The notes under the pieces are model-generated. The model made no database searches. It was given only the letters and a program-made list of their open reading frames with translations, and had not been told where the DNA came from. DNA of 64,000 nucleotides from Gracilinanus agilis (taxonomy: Eukaryota), in assembly GCF_016433145.1 (NCBI RefSeq), contig NC_058133.1, positions 174,144,629 through 174,208,628 of the forward strand, read 5' to 3'. Positions within the stretch are counted from its first letter, which is position 1, and each line of letters opens with the position of its first letter. Shown here piece after piece: positions 1 through 12,825 of the stretch. Both the position numbers and the translations under genes were made by a program.

Positions 1-259
1 TCCCCTGCTATTCACCCCCTCTTTCCCATCCCCCATGCCATCTTAGATTATTTAGTGTTCCACTCTCACCCTGTGAATTATTCTTCTTATTACTATAATA
101 GTGAATATTATAATAGTGAATAGAGTTCACTACAGAGAATTATACCTAACATTTCTCTACATAGGAATACAGATAATTAGATCTCACTGAGGCCCTTAAA
201 AAGGCAAATTTAAAAATTATAAGTTTTCTTTCTTTCCCCTCTGTATCTTATTTACCTTT

Positions 260-1304
260 TCATGTTTCTCTTGATTTTTGTGGTTGGATATCAAACTTTC
301 CATTTAGCCCTGGTCTTTTCTGTGCAAATACCTGGAATTCTTCAATTTTGTTGAATGCCCATACTTTCCCCTGGAAATATATAGTCAGTTTTGATGGGTA
401 GTTGATCCGTGGTTGCAGGCCCAGCTCTCTTGCCTTTCTGAATATCGTATTCCAAGCCTTGCGATCTTTTAGCATGGAGGCTGCCAGATCTTGTGTGATC
501 CTGATTGGTGTTCCTTGATATTTGAATTGTTTCTTTCTGGCTTCTTGTAAGATTTTTTTCTTTTGCTTGGAAACTCTTGAATTTTGCAATTATATTTCTG
601 GGTGTTTTCTTTTCTTGATCGAATGTCACAGGTGTTCTATGAATCCTTTCAATGTCTATATTTCCCTCTTGTTGTAGGACTTCAGGGCAATTTTGCTGGA
701 TTATTTCTATTAGTATGGAGTCCAGGTTTCTATTAATTTCTGGTTTTTCTGGAAGACCGATTATTCTCAAATTGTCTCTTCTAGACCGGTTTTCTTGGTC
801 TGTCACTCTCTCATTGAGATATTTCATGTTTCCTTCTATTTTTTCAGTCTTTTGACTTTGTTTTATTTGTTCTTGTTGTCTTGAGAGATCATTAGCTTCC
901 AATTGCTCAATTCTAGCCTTTAGGGATTGGTTTTCGGCTATAATCTTTTGGGTTTTGGGTATAATCTTCTGGTATTCCTTTTCAATCTGGTCATTTCTGT
1001 TGTTCAATTTGCTTATCAGTTCATTTGGTTTCTGAGCCTCACTTTCCAATTGCAAGATTCTACCTTTTAAACTGTTATTTTCTTTCCAGATCTCTTCCAT
1101 TTTCCTCAGAATCTCAGTTTTGAACTCTTCCATAGCTTGTGAGGAGTTTTCCTTATTTGAGGAGGGTTCGGATGCTTGTTTGTTCTCCTCCTCTGTTTGC
1201 TCGGTTGTCTGGATTTTCTCTGTGTAAAAGTTGTCCAGTGTTAAAGACTTCTTTTTCTTGTTGTTAATCTTTCTCTTCTGAGCTTCCTGAGACTGGGTAG
1301 CCAT
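260..1304 (-). pseudogene. ORF1: L1 ORF1p (coiled coil, RRM, CTD) disrupted by a single +1 frameshift in the T7 run at 553-559
   Basis: ORF 342..1304 contains ENRSRRDNLRIIGLPE, IERIHR and TPRNIIAKF; ORF 260..589 continues KILQEARKKQFKYQGTPIRITQDL...LGLQPRINYPSKL to the stop at 260; both are canonical L1 ORF1p motifs. Confidence 0.95.
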
Positions 1305-2000
1305 CGTTAGCCCAGCAGCTTCTCAGGTTTATCCTTGCGCTCAGGGTCTGTCCACAGTCTATTGGCTCCTGAGATCTGTCTGGTTTTTTCCAAGGTCAAG
1401 CCCCCTGGTGGACCCCTTTGCTTGATCCTCTGCCAGAGGTTTCTTTATAAGTCTCAGGGCGCTGCTTCCACAGTCATATGTCCGTCTGCACTGGTTCCGC
1501 ACTCAGGGTTTCAGAGCTTTAGCTTGTGGCTGTGTCTGCCTCCACCCACACCTCTACCCGTGCCTGTGCTCTCAGCCCGAGCTCTGTGCCCTGCGTCCGC
1601 TCCCGGCATCCTGCTCCTGCGCTCAAATTCCGTGTGCGTTCGCTAGCTTCCTGGGGTCCCAAATCCCGCCGCTCTCAGGAACAGGCCCCGGAGCCGCCAA
1701 TGACTCGATGGGTGCCCCAAACTTGCTCTATTTCTTTTTAGCTGGCCTTGGTGCTATAGGTGTTGTGTGTGGAGGGGGTGGGGGTGGGGTGGTTGCTCAG
1801 TCCGCAATTTAGTGAGAGCCGTTTCACCCCTTTATAGCATGGAAATGCCTTGATTCCACGTACCTTCCACGCTGTGCCCTGTTGTGGGGTTCCTCCGTTC
1901 GTCTGGACTTGTTTTTATGTCCCCTTGAGGAGTTTTGTGTGTTTTCGGTCAGGAGAGGTTAAGAGCTGCTTACTCTGCCGCCATCTTAACCCGGAACCTC
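1305..2000 (-). promoter_or_regulatory. L1 5'UTR internal Pol II promoter, CpG-rich, with a G-run tract near 1770-1795
   Basis: Lies upstream of the ORF1 ATG; locally high GC and CpG compared with the rest of the window; AAGATGGCGG (YY1-like) at the extreme 5' end. Confidence 0.75.
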
Positions 2001-2711
2001 TAATCTCTATTCTTCTTAACAGATTGTTCCCCAGGCTTGAATTTATACCCCTAAATCATATCCACCTCTTAATATCTTTAGCTTCCTTCCACATCTGCCT
2101 TGGGAGGGGGGCATCTCTCCCTTTCCTAATTCCTCCTTCTACATACCCAGCTGGTGGTCCTATCAGTCTTCTGAAATTGCCATGTATTTGCTTGTATAAT
2201 CTTAGTAGAATGGCCTGCTTTGAAGATATTGACTATTTTTATTTTTTGTCTTTGTAGCCTTAGTATCCAGCATAGTAACTTGCACATAGCAGACCCTCTC
2301 CTCCCATTCTCAGCTAAACTCTTTGGAAGAACAAAATGCTATCTGTACATGACACCTTTACTTCCTTTCCTTACCTCCAATCTGGGTTCTGACCTTACCA
2401 TACAAGTAAAACTGCTCTTTCCAAAGTCACCAACAGTCTCTTAATTGCCAGATCTAATGACCTCTGCCTTTATTGTGGCCTTATCTTCTCTGCAGTTTTT
2501 GATGTTATTGACCAAGTCCTCATCTTGAATTCAGTTCTTCTCCTGAATACTTCCTACTCTGTGGGTTTTCTTGGAATAGTTTTCCCCTGGTCCTTCTCCT
2601 CTTACAATACCAATTGCTCCTTCTCTTTTTCCTATTCCTCATTCCTCTCACTCCCCCTAATTTTGGATATAATCATATGGCTCTGTTCTCAGCTACCTTC
2701 TCTTTCAACAC

Positions 2712-3117
2712 CGGAGGTTCTTAACCTTTTTCATGTCACAGACCCCCTTCAATAGTCTTCAGGTCCATAAGTACCTTTTTCTGAGACTTAGTTTTTTAAA
2801 AGCAAAAAGTAAAATACTGATGATTTCAGAGAAAGCCAATTATATTGAAACAGTTATCAAAATATATTTTTTAAAAATAAATTCATAGGAGCAACTTGGT
2901 AGCCCGGTGAATAGAGTGCCAGGACTGGGGTCAGGACGACTTTGGTTCCTATCTGGCCTCAGATTCTTCCTTGCCATGGAACCTTGAGCAAGTCATTTAA
3001 CTCTGTTATCCTAGCCCTTGATGCCCTTCTGTCTTAAAATTGATATTATTATGGAAGATAAGAGTTTAAAAAAAAAAGCTGTAGGTTTATGAACTCACCC
3101 TCAGGTTGGGAACTCAC
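2712..3117. mobile_element. hAT-Charlie-like MITE split by a SINE
   Basis: Left end ggaggttcttaacctttttcatgtcacagaccccc and right end caggttgggaactc resemble CAGGGGTTCTTAACC-type TIRs; internal gaaagccaattatattgaaacagttatcaaaata. Confidence 0.6.
2888..3078 (+). mobile_element. tRNA-derived marsupial SINE with A tail
   Basis: Head ggagcaacttggtagcccggtgaatagagtgccagg, core aagtcatttaactc, 3' cccttctgtcttaaaattgatatt and an A tail. Confidence 0.8.
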
Positions 3118-3480
3118 CCTCTACATTGTCTTACATGGTGATCTCATCAATCAGCTCCTTTAGATTCAATTACCATCTCTTTGCAGAGGACTCTTCAGTT
3201 TGTATATCCAGCCTGAGTATTTCTCCTGACCCCCAGTCCTGCATCACCAATCTTTAAGTTATTAGACATTTCAAATTGGATCTCTTAAAAGCATCTCAAA
3301 TTCAGTGTGTCCAAATCAGAACTCATCTCTTTCCCCAAACCCACCTCTTTCCAAACTTCCCTCTTACTATCATAGACACTACTTTCTTTAATGTCACCTA
3401 TATTTGCCTTGGAGTCATCCTCAACTCCTCCGTCTCACTTATCTCACATATTTAATCCATTACCAAATTTTGTCACTGCT

Positions 3481-3482
<2 letters not shown>

Positions 3483-3533
<51 letters not shown>
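3483..3533. repeat. (TG)n microsatellite
   Basis: Direct inspection. Confidence 0.99.
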
Positions 3534-3535
<2 letters not shown>

Positions 3536-4139
3536 CTACCACACTAATTCAGGTGTTCATCACCTCATATGATCCCTTCAGTGGTCCCTGTAGGTGCAAG
3601 AATGAAAGATAAACTCTTCTGTTTAGCATTTACATCTCTTCACAACCTGGACCCTCCCTATATGTCCAACCTTTTTCAATGTCCACATGTTGTATGTAAT
3701 CTGGCTATATTATCCTACTTGCTTTTCTGCACCAAAAGCCACTCTCATCTCCATGCTTTTGCACTGGATGTTCCCCAGGCCTGGAATGAATACTCTACCT
3801 CCTCGTTTCATACTCTTGGAATCCCTATTTTTCTTTAAGACAAAGCTGAAGGACTACCTTGAAGATGAAGCCCTTCCTGCTTCCTCCGAGCTATTAGTGC
3901 CCTCCTTCCCATAACAACCTAGTATTCATTTTGCTATATAGACACATGTTATTTCACTCTTTAGAATGTAAGCTCCTTGAGGTCAGGGATTAGGGACTGT
4001 ACCCCCCAGCACTTAGCACAGTGCTTTATGAATAGTAAACATTTAATAAATACTTGTTGACTTGCCTCTTGTTGATTTGAATTAAAATAAAGCTTTCCTG
4101 TTGGAATGCGAGCAAGTGCAACAGCAAAATGTTTTTCTA

Positions 4140-4345
4140 AAGGGCAACTGAGCAGTGGGTAGGGTCTGGAGTGAAGAAGACCTGAGTTCAAATTTAGCCT
4201 CAGACACTTACTAGCTATGTGACCATGGTCAAGTCACTTCACCTGTCTCAGTTTCTCCATCTGTAAATGGGGATAATGGTTACGCACAGGGTTGTTGTGA
4301 GGACCAAATGACATATTTGCAAAGTGCTTGGCACATAAAATAAAA
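4140..4345 (+). mobile_element. MIR (CORE-SINE)
   Basis: gacctgagttcaaatttagcctcagacacttactagctatgtgacc...tcagtttctccatctgtaaatgggg. Confidence 0.8.
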
Positions 4346-7300
4346 ATTATTATTATTAAATATATGATGTCTGAGAAGACAACTTTACTGAGAAATCCTA
4401 AGTCTTGGAGGATACCCAGAGGGGCCGCCAGAGAGGCACTTTCTTCTTACTCCTTCTTGAACATATTTCCTACGGAGGCTTGAGTATCCAAAACCACAGT
4501 GTGAAGGTTGTGCAAGAGTTTTGGAACAAACCTCAGCCTAAAGGTCTTTTTGTCCCCTGGATGGCCTGTTGGCTTGGTCTCTTTGTGCCCACATTAGCAG
4601 TGCTGCAGGCTCAGGGAGTTTATGAAATTTTGATGTAGAAATTAGATTGTTACTTATCTTGTACCTTCTTGCTCATAGTATTGACAGTACCACGGAACTG
4701 CTGGAGGCAGATAGCATCTCAGTGATCACTCTGCTCTTTCAGCTCTCCACTGCTGACAACATCAGAAGTGTTTTAACAGGGTTTTAATGGGCAGGCTCTG
4801 TAGCTCCTTGGAGGGTTGCAAAGAGCTACTGTGAGAAACCCCCCTCTTGCTGCTCTGATCTGACATGCCCTCCTTTCCTCATCCAGCTGCCCTTAGGTGA
4901 GATGGCCGCCTTACTGGTGACCATTCCATCATCTTTGGCCTGGACAATTCTGGAAATGCAAATCAGAGATAAGCTTGTCTAACTTAGGTGAGAATGTGCC
5001 CCATTCCCTGGGATTTCAGTGGTAGAGACAGGGAGTAGAATGTTACTATTCCATTGCTTTTCATCCAGAAATGGTCTGTCACTGACTGGGCTTTTTTTCC
5101 ATTAGACAAGTAGAGACTAACTCTGGGAAGTTAGATATTCTGTGATGATCCTTGGGCCCAGGCAGCAGAGAAGGAATCTGACTCAAATGGTTCCATACTC
5201 ATAGAATTTGTTCATATACTTCGCCTTATGTCTTGTCTGACTTTTCTGGCAGTGAAGAAGAGTGAAAAGAGAATTGAGTAAAAGGTGGAAAACAAAAGTC
5301 AGCCTATATATCTAGATAATACTTAGCTGTTTCTCCACATCCTGAGATTTTTCTCTGCTTGCATCTAATTTCTTTAGAAAGTCAAAATACCAGTAAATTA
5401 GGGCATCTCCATCTGCTTTGGTCCTATGATTTCTATTTTAAATGCATTGAAGCCACTGGCTTCAGTGGTGTTTTTATTAATTCCCAGCCAGCTGTTCAGC
5501 AGCCCAAATCCCTAAAATGAAGGCCAGAGGAGGGCTTCTTTCCTGGAATACTCTGTATTTAAAAAAAAATAGGGAGTCCTTAGAGAAGGAAGGAATCTCT
5601 TGTTGATTTCATTGATGTCTAAACCCTGGGAGAGTAACTAGTAGTGGAAGGAAAAGATGACAAATTCTGGCACTAAGAATGATGGAGATGCCTACATATA
5701 AAGATTCAATGTTATTATCTCCTCTTCCATCAATCAAAAAGCACTGAAATGGGATCATTCTGTTGTGGATTCCTGAAAGAAGACCTAAAAGTCCTTCCTT
5801 CTAATTTTAGGAAAGAGACATCCTTTTCACAACTCCACCTCCTTGGAATACATCTGCATCTCTATCAAGCTTCACAGCTTTCTCCTTGTTGCTCTGGTTG
5901 CCTTGGAAGAATCTCCTATGAGACACTTAAAATCATTTCATAACTTTCTGTTCACCAACCCAATCGACCCTTCAGAAATTTCAGATTTTTAACTTCTTGT
6001 CACCAGTGCAGGATAACTTTAGCTGTTAAGGGATAAAACTGCTAGTTGGGATTAGAAGAAGATCCAGTTTACCTCTGGGAGTTCTTAACTTTCTCAACAT
6101 GATCCTTCCTTCATTTTTGAGTCTCATTCCCATTGCTATTCTCAGTTTTGCCTCTTTTTCCCCAGAAACTTTTTCCCTAGATAATCTTTGATGTTTGTGG
6201 TCCTTTGACAGGCATTGATTGAAAAAAAAAAAAAACAACAACAACAACCTGTAGACTTGGCATCTGCTCAATAGGAGCTTACAGTCAAAGACAGACAAAT
6301 AATTACCATGGGCCCCTACCTGTACAGATCATGGGTCCACACTGCTCCAAGTATACATTGGTTGTTTGCCAGCCTAAAACATCGAACTAAATCATGAATT
6401 GACAGTGGATGTATGTCCACACCATGTAGACTGATGACTTGTTAGACCTGTGGAACAAGATTGAAGGCATCAATGAAATAGAATTTAGGGAAAGTCACTC
6501 GGGTAATTGAAAGTTTAGACTAGTAAGAGAAAAGTGAAGCTATCACTTATTGGGGGAAAGGCATTGATAGTCAATTATTTTCTTGTGCTACCAAGTGCCC
6601 AGTCAAAATGAAGATTATTTTGTTGTTTTGTTTTCCTTTGGGAATGGGGGTATGGGGGCAGCTAATTAAGAACCTTTGGAAATTAAGTCATCTGTTTATC
6701 TGGATCTATGTGGTTATCATCCAGTAGTCATGAGATGAAACTGTACCCTCTGTCTTCTCTCTCCTTCACAAATTAGGGGTCCAAGGAAAAGAAAAATGAC
6801 GCCCACAGTTGGATGCAGTCTTCTCTAGGAAACCACATAGCTGACACTGTCATAGCAAAGACCCGAACTGAAAGAATTAAAGGCAAAAAAAATCTGGAAT
6901 CTTTTGTTTAAAGGCTATGTTGTATGGCAAGGGTATTTAATGAAAAGGAATCAGAAAGAATCTAGAGATCTGGGTTTGAGTCCTATCTTGGCCTCTTCAC
7001 CACCCATTAGGTAGGTGCTAGCCTGTCAGGAAAGTCAGTTCCCCTTTCCAGGCATCACTTTCTCTGTAAAATAAGGGCTTTGAATAAAATTACCTGTAAG
7101 TTCCCTTCCATTTCTATAACATTCTATAGTTCTATAATAATATAAAGTGCATTTTGCCTTTTACAATTGCAGTAATTAATGACTTTCTACTCAAGGTCAT
7201 TAAAAGTATTCTGTGGATCTTCCTAGGAACCCTATCTATTCACTGGCTCAGGTCTGACCCCTGTCTGGCCTGGTTTGGTAACATGATTGGTACTTCCTAT

Positions 7301-9787
7301 TTCACTGCTGATTGGTGATCTGAGTTTAGATCTTGTGATTCACTTGCCTAATGATTGGTGATTTACAATGGCTTTGATCTTTGACCATTGACTGTTGGAA
7401 TTGGTCTAGAAGGACCCAATTGCACCAGGCTGATTCTTATGCATGGTGGTGGTTACCTTGGCCTTTTGCTTTGAAGTCCTGGTCCACTTGGGCAGTTGCC
7501 TTAGGCAAAGTGATTTGCTGCTCCATTATTCTTGTGATTTCCTCTTCTTTCATGTTGGCCCCTTTCTCTAGGCTTGGGCCTTTCATTTTTGTAGTAGGCC
7601 AAAGGCTACCCTTTGGGGTTTCCCTTGCTTCTGAGCAGCATTTCTCCACTGGCTCCTTCCCAGATTCTGACTTTTGTTACTGCTACATCTGGCGATTTAA
7701 CTTTCCCCCCAGTTTTCTAAACCATCAGAAGGTGCCTTTCCAAATCTTACCTTTTTTTTGAGGAAAAAAATTTTGACTGGGCATTCGTGAGCCCAAGAAT
7801 ATAAAACTTACCACTCACTTTAACTGATGATTATAAGAATTAGTTTCACTTTTGACTATCGTTCATAATTTGATACTTTTTTTATACGGTAATAATAACT
7901 TATTTCCCTAAGATATTTATAGATGAGAAAACCTTTATTTCCATCTAAGCAGGAAGAGGGGATGAATGGAAGAGCAAAAATATCTGTAACTGGACAGTTT
8001 AATTACCATGGTAATTAAAGTCTTTATGAAGGGGTAATGAAACCATGACCAAATTAACTTTGCACTGTAGAATTAAAAAAACAAAACCATGAGATATTCA
8101 AAAATTAAAATTTCTTTATTTGGAATTTTGGAATTCCAGATTGTATTACATAATTCATTTGATAAATATGACCCTCCCTTCCCCCCCAAAAAATCCCTGG
8201 TCACACAAATTAAATATCACTGCTAGGATTCAATCCAAGATCTTCTAACTCCATTATTATCCCAGTACATCGTGTTACCTCATAAAAGAAATGGTACCAT
8301 TTAGTTGCTCTGAGTCTCAATTTCATCCACAGTACCTTCTTTCCAGGATTGTTTTGAGGATTCTGTAAATAATATATGTAGGACATTTTGTCCATGTTAG
8401 AGCTCTAACATGTTGTTGCAGTTATTATTATTACTTGCACTATTTTACATGCCACCTGCTACATTTGATTTGAGAGAACCAACGGATTATTTAAATATAC
8501 GAATTTAACTATATGGCAATTCCTTAAATATAAAGCTTAAAGTGACTTTAAAATTAAATAATATTAAAATAACTTTAAAAAATACTGTTTTGATAATGAT
8601 TTGCCTTTCCTCCTCTTTAACTAGACACTAGAATTAAGGAAAAATCTAAACACCCTGTATCGTGCCATCCTGAACAACTGGCATTTAGAATATAGGGAAG
8701 AGAAAGAATGGCTAGATTTATTTGGAAATCAAGTAAATGATCTATGACCAAACCACTTCATTTATGGAGACCTGATATTGAGAACTTCATCCCAAATGAA
8801 ACTAGAGCCCAGCTGAGGGCTAATATTATCTGGCATTCTTGAGGCACCTCAAGCCTTTGGGAAGTCTCTTCTACACTTACCAAGATGAAAGCAGAAACTG
8901 TTCCTGTATTCTCTGGATATGATTATGTCAGGAGTTTGGCTTCCTGAATTTGATTATAATCTTCATTTCAATTCAGCAAACATTTATTTAGTGCCTACAG
9001 TCTACAAGGAGACAGAAAACGTTGCATTAATGAATGGAGAGGTGACTTTTAATTCAGTAAGACCTAAATTCTGCTTCTGACACATCCTTGTGGTGAGTCT
9101 GTGCCCCTTATTTAATCTCTCAGTGTTTATGTATACATTTCAGAACAAGTACTCATCTACATTAGTAGTGGGACTTTCCTCAAACTAATAAAATCACAGA
9201 TCCAAACCCTGAACTTTCCTCTTCCTCCCCAAAATTGGATGCACTATGGATACACCTACACACACACACCAAGTAAAAGAGACCTTGCCCTCAAGGAGTT
9301 TACATTCTCCTGGAGGATATGGTATGTATGGAAATTGGTATAACATCAGATGATTAAAGGAATCAGAGAGGGAGATCAGAAGAATCTTCAGGGAGGAGGC
9401 TGAACCTGATTTGAGCCTTGGAAGAAGATAGGTGTCCTGAGAAAGAGCTGGAAAAAAGGTTCCTGGGCAGCTGGGTAACTCAGTGGATACAGCACCAGGT
9501 CAAACATCTGGAGTCAAAAGGATCTGGGTTCAAATGTGGCCCCAGACACTTCAGGTTTTTGCTTTTGGAAAAATCAATGAACCTCATTCGCAATTTGGAA
9601 TGATTCTATTTGTACTACTGACCTCCAAAAATCTTTGTGAAGAAATTATGCTTTATAAACCTTAACAAGCTATGGAAATATGAATTATTATTTTTATTAC
9701 TTGTAATGTGGATGCTACCTCCTCCTTCAGAAGAAAACCTGTCCTGATCTCCTTGGTTTTAGGTATCCTCTATCTTCTAAGAGTATA

Positions 9788-10449
9788 CAGCCAATTCTGC
9801 TATAATGGGACATATGTGTTACTAAAAATCACTACACTACCCACAATTTCACAACAAAAACCACAGGACTTATTGGGGAAAAAGAGTTGGGGCATAACAC
9901 TCAAAAAACTTCATCACTGACACACAAGAAAAAATAGAGGCCTGATTTAAAAAACTGTTCCATAGATTTATGCATGTTACAATGGTTTTAAAAAATACAT
10001 AAATCTTACAATAAATAGTAGCAGAATTTTCTGCGTTATGCATCAGCTTGACCTGGTCCCTGGCGGGCAGAGTTGATGGCTAGGTTGAGAAGGAAGTCTT
10101 TGTGGTAGGCTACAACTCTGGAACTCATTCAGCTTAGGATGTTGAATTGCTGGGTTTTAAAAATTTTTTAAATATAGAAAAGTTCACAAATGTGTGAAAG
10201 AATAGCAAAAATTAAAAAAATACAACCTTGTAGGATAACACATTTGGTGAACTGAGGTGTGCTCATGTGTTATTTGTGTACTCCTATGTGACTCAGTCCA
10301 GCTGGGTACAGTTTTCCTTATTCTTACTGTTTCTTATGGATGAAATCACACATAAGCCATCACAAAATTCATATTATGCCCAAATTGTTCCCTCCTCATG
10401 TTGGGACAAATTAATGTTTTCAAAACAAGGATTGTAGCAGAACTGTTAG
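9788..10449. mobile_element. TcMar-Tigger non-autonomous DNA transposon (Tigger13-like) with both TIRs
   Basis: TA at 9786-9787 then CAGCCAATTCTGCTATAAT; right end ATTGTAGCAGAACTGTTAG is its degenerate inverted repeat; internal caaattgttccct...ttttcaaaacaag matches the remembered Tigger consensus. Confidence 0.75.
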
Positions 10450-10584
10450 AATTGCACATTACCCATTTTGATGTAAGTTGACTACTACTAGTCCCATAGA
10501 ATCTTTGTTCCATGGGCAAGGGACTCCCCTTTTTCATTTTGTCCTTGTGTTACCAGTGACTAGGAAAATGCTTTGTATATAGTT

Positions 10585-10800
10585 GTTTCGGCTGTTGAAT
10601 TGTTTCAGTCATGTCTGACTCTTTGTTGCCTCATTTACAGTTTTCTTGGCAAAGAGACTGGAGTGGTTTGCCATTTCCTTCTCCAGCTCATTTTATAGTT
10701 GAGGGAACTGAGACAAACAAGGTTAAGTGGCTTGCCCAGGATCACACAGCTAGTAAGTGTCTAAGGCCACATTTCCACTATGTCGCCTAGCTTCCCTTGC
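10585..10800 (-). mobile_element. MAR1/MIR-type CORE-SINE
   Basis: gtttcagtcatgtctgactctttg...ttttcttggcaaagagactggagtggtttgccatttccttctccagctcattt. Confidence 0.85.
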
Positions 10801-11436
10801 TCATAGCAGATGCTTAATAAATTCTTATTGAATAAATGAATAACAATGTTGCTGAAAACTCAGATCTCTGAGAAATTTTTTTTTAATTCCGAAATATGCA
10901 CCCCCCCCCCACACACCTCGTTCAGCTCCAGATCCACATAGATTTCTCTCTTTCCAACAAAAACGAAGTAATGAACTTCTTGAGTGTCTTGAAGCCAGCC
11001 TTCATTTGCCTTTGGTTGCATGGATACATGCAGAAACATTAGGCCCTCCTGAGTGTTGAAACTGGGGAATTTGTTATGGTGAGGTAAGAAAGCGTTGGAC
11101 TGTTGTCCATAGTCATTAAATGGCTGCAGGTTTCAGAAAGCATCTCATCAGCTACCTCTAAAGAAACCCATACAGACTGGTGCTAGCGTTTACTCAACTA
11201 CCAGAGATTTGTCAGTCAATATGGAGGGCAGAAAATGACCCTTCTGGTGAACGGAAACTTGCATGCCATTCCTTTCATTTGTTCTGTTCACTGCCCACCA
11301 TTATTGCCAGGTGGTAAAGTTTGGCAATGTATCAAATGCCGCATTTGCCCTGCTATACTTAGTACTCATCCATTTCCTGTCAGAGCACAAGAGCAGATTC
11401 TTTTTTTCGATGTGTTCATTACTCTTTTTTTTTTTT

Positions 11437-11628
11437 AAACCCTTACCTTCTGTCTTAGACTCAAAATCCTAAGGGTTCCAAGGCAGAAGTGTGGTAAGGG
11501 CAAGGCAGTTAGGGTTAAATGACTTGCCCAGAATCTCAGAGCTAAGAAGTGTCTGAGGTCAGATTTGAATTCAGGGCCTTAAGTCTCCAGGTCTGGCTCT
11601 CTATCCACTGAGTCACCTAGCTGCCTCT
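11437..11628 (-). mobile_element. SINE1_Mdo-like SINE
   Basis: T tail then aaacccttaccttctgtcttag...ctctctatccactgagtcacctagctgcc. Confidence 0.85.
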
Positions 11629-12564
11629 CCATTGCTCTTTATACCCTTATTGATATCGGCAGTTTAGCCATTTGCCTAAACATTATGAATTTGACCCACA
11701 AATCCCCCAAGTTCTTACAAAGACAGATGACATGAATTCTCAGTTTGTAAAGATCCCAGCAGTGTATTTGATTAACTCTGTTGCTGTTGGTTAATTCATA
11801 CAATCACAGGGTTTTTCTCTCCCTCCTTAACCCCTTGCAAAATGGTCAGAAAATGATTTAGGGAGTGGGGAGGAAAATGAATGGAATCATCAGTTAGTTT
11901 CATCATCTTAATTTTTCCAATTTTAAGTTGTTCTCTAAATATGTCTTTATGGATGTAGGTTTACTAGCTTAAAACATCTAATTGAAACCAGTTGCTTAAA
12001 TCTCTTTGGATCAAGAAGCAGTAATAAGCACAGGGAGTATCTTATCCCTGACAATCCAGAAATGCTTAGTGTCTGCTGTACTCAATACATGTGTAATCAG
12101 TTTACTTCCAGCTTCTTTTTTCATCTGAAACCTTCGCTCTCTTGGTGTGTGATCTAATACACCAGTGACGGGGATGTTTATTCCTGTTCCTAGGTCTGTA
12201 AACTAGTAAGACCAAATGAAAGGAGAAAAGTTAATTATTAGTGAATGTTAAAAGGATCTATTATCACTGCATCTCTTTTTTGTGTGGAGAATGTGGCTGT
12301 TTTTCAGCTGCAGAGAATGATTGAACTTTCTGGAAACCAAAGTCCCTTCTCTTTGAGTCAGGCTCCATGGTTTTGCTGTACCTTCTAACTGAAGGGAGGG
12401 GAGGAGTGTATGTGTGGGTAAAGAGCAAGCTCAGCAAGCACATTGCTTTCCAGAAAGCACTGAGTGACCCAAGATGTATGTCACCTGGAATTGAATGTTT
12501 CACCTCTTTGTTGGCATTTACATCAAGAACTTGGAGCGGATTCAGAGACTTTAGGCACTGAGAG

Positions 12565-12825
12565 AGTTGGTTCAGTTGTTTTCAGTCCTGTCTGACTCTT
12601 TGTGACCCCATTCAGGGTTTTCTTGGCAAAGATACTAGCATGGTTTACCATTTCCTTCTCCCACTCATTTTACAGATGAGAAAACTGAGGCAAACAGGGT
12701 TAAGTGACTTGTTCAGGGTCACATAGCTAGTAAGTGTCTACAGCCAGATTTGAAATTAGGGAAGATGAGTCTTCCTGATTCCGGGCTCAGCACTCTACCC
12801 ACTACTCCACCTAGTCACCCATAGC
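12565..12825 (-). mobile_element. MAR1-type CORE-SINE
   Basis: ttcagtcctgtctgactctttgtgacccc...ttttacagatgagaaaactgaggcaaacagggttaagtgactt. Confidence 0.85.

Larger units (their letters stand above)
1..2000 (-). mobile_element. LINE-1 (marsupial L1_Mdo-like), 5' portion: 5'UTR, ORF1 and inter-ORF spacer; continues beyond the left window edge
   Basis: ORF1p homology at 260-1304; GC/CpG-rich 5'UTR; minus-strand start GAGGTTCCGGGTTAAGATGGCGGCAGAGTAA at 2000, typical of marsupial L1 5' ends. Confidence 0.95.
2270..4070 (-). mobile_element. Old L2 LINE 3' fragments, interrupted by a hAT MITE, a SINE and a (TG)n repeat
   Basis: L2-like phrases such as ggtgatctcatc, catctcaaattcagtgtgtccaaatcagaactc, gaatgtaagctccttgaggtcaggga and cagtgctttatgaatagtaaacatttaataaatacttgttga. 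Confidence 0.7.

Noticed and set aside
652-2257. Plus-strand ORFs 652..855, 1335..1646, 1526..1741 and 1850..2257
   Set aside because: Antisense to L1 ORF1 or the 5'UTR; no independent coding evidence.
7381-7761. 126-aa plus and 70-aa minus ORFs as a gene or ribosomal-protein retrocopy
   Set aside because: No recognisable homology, and neighbouring frames contain stops.
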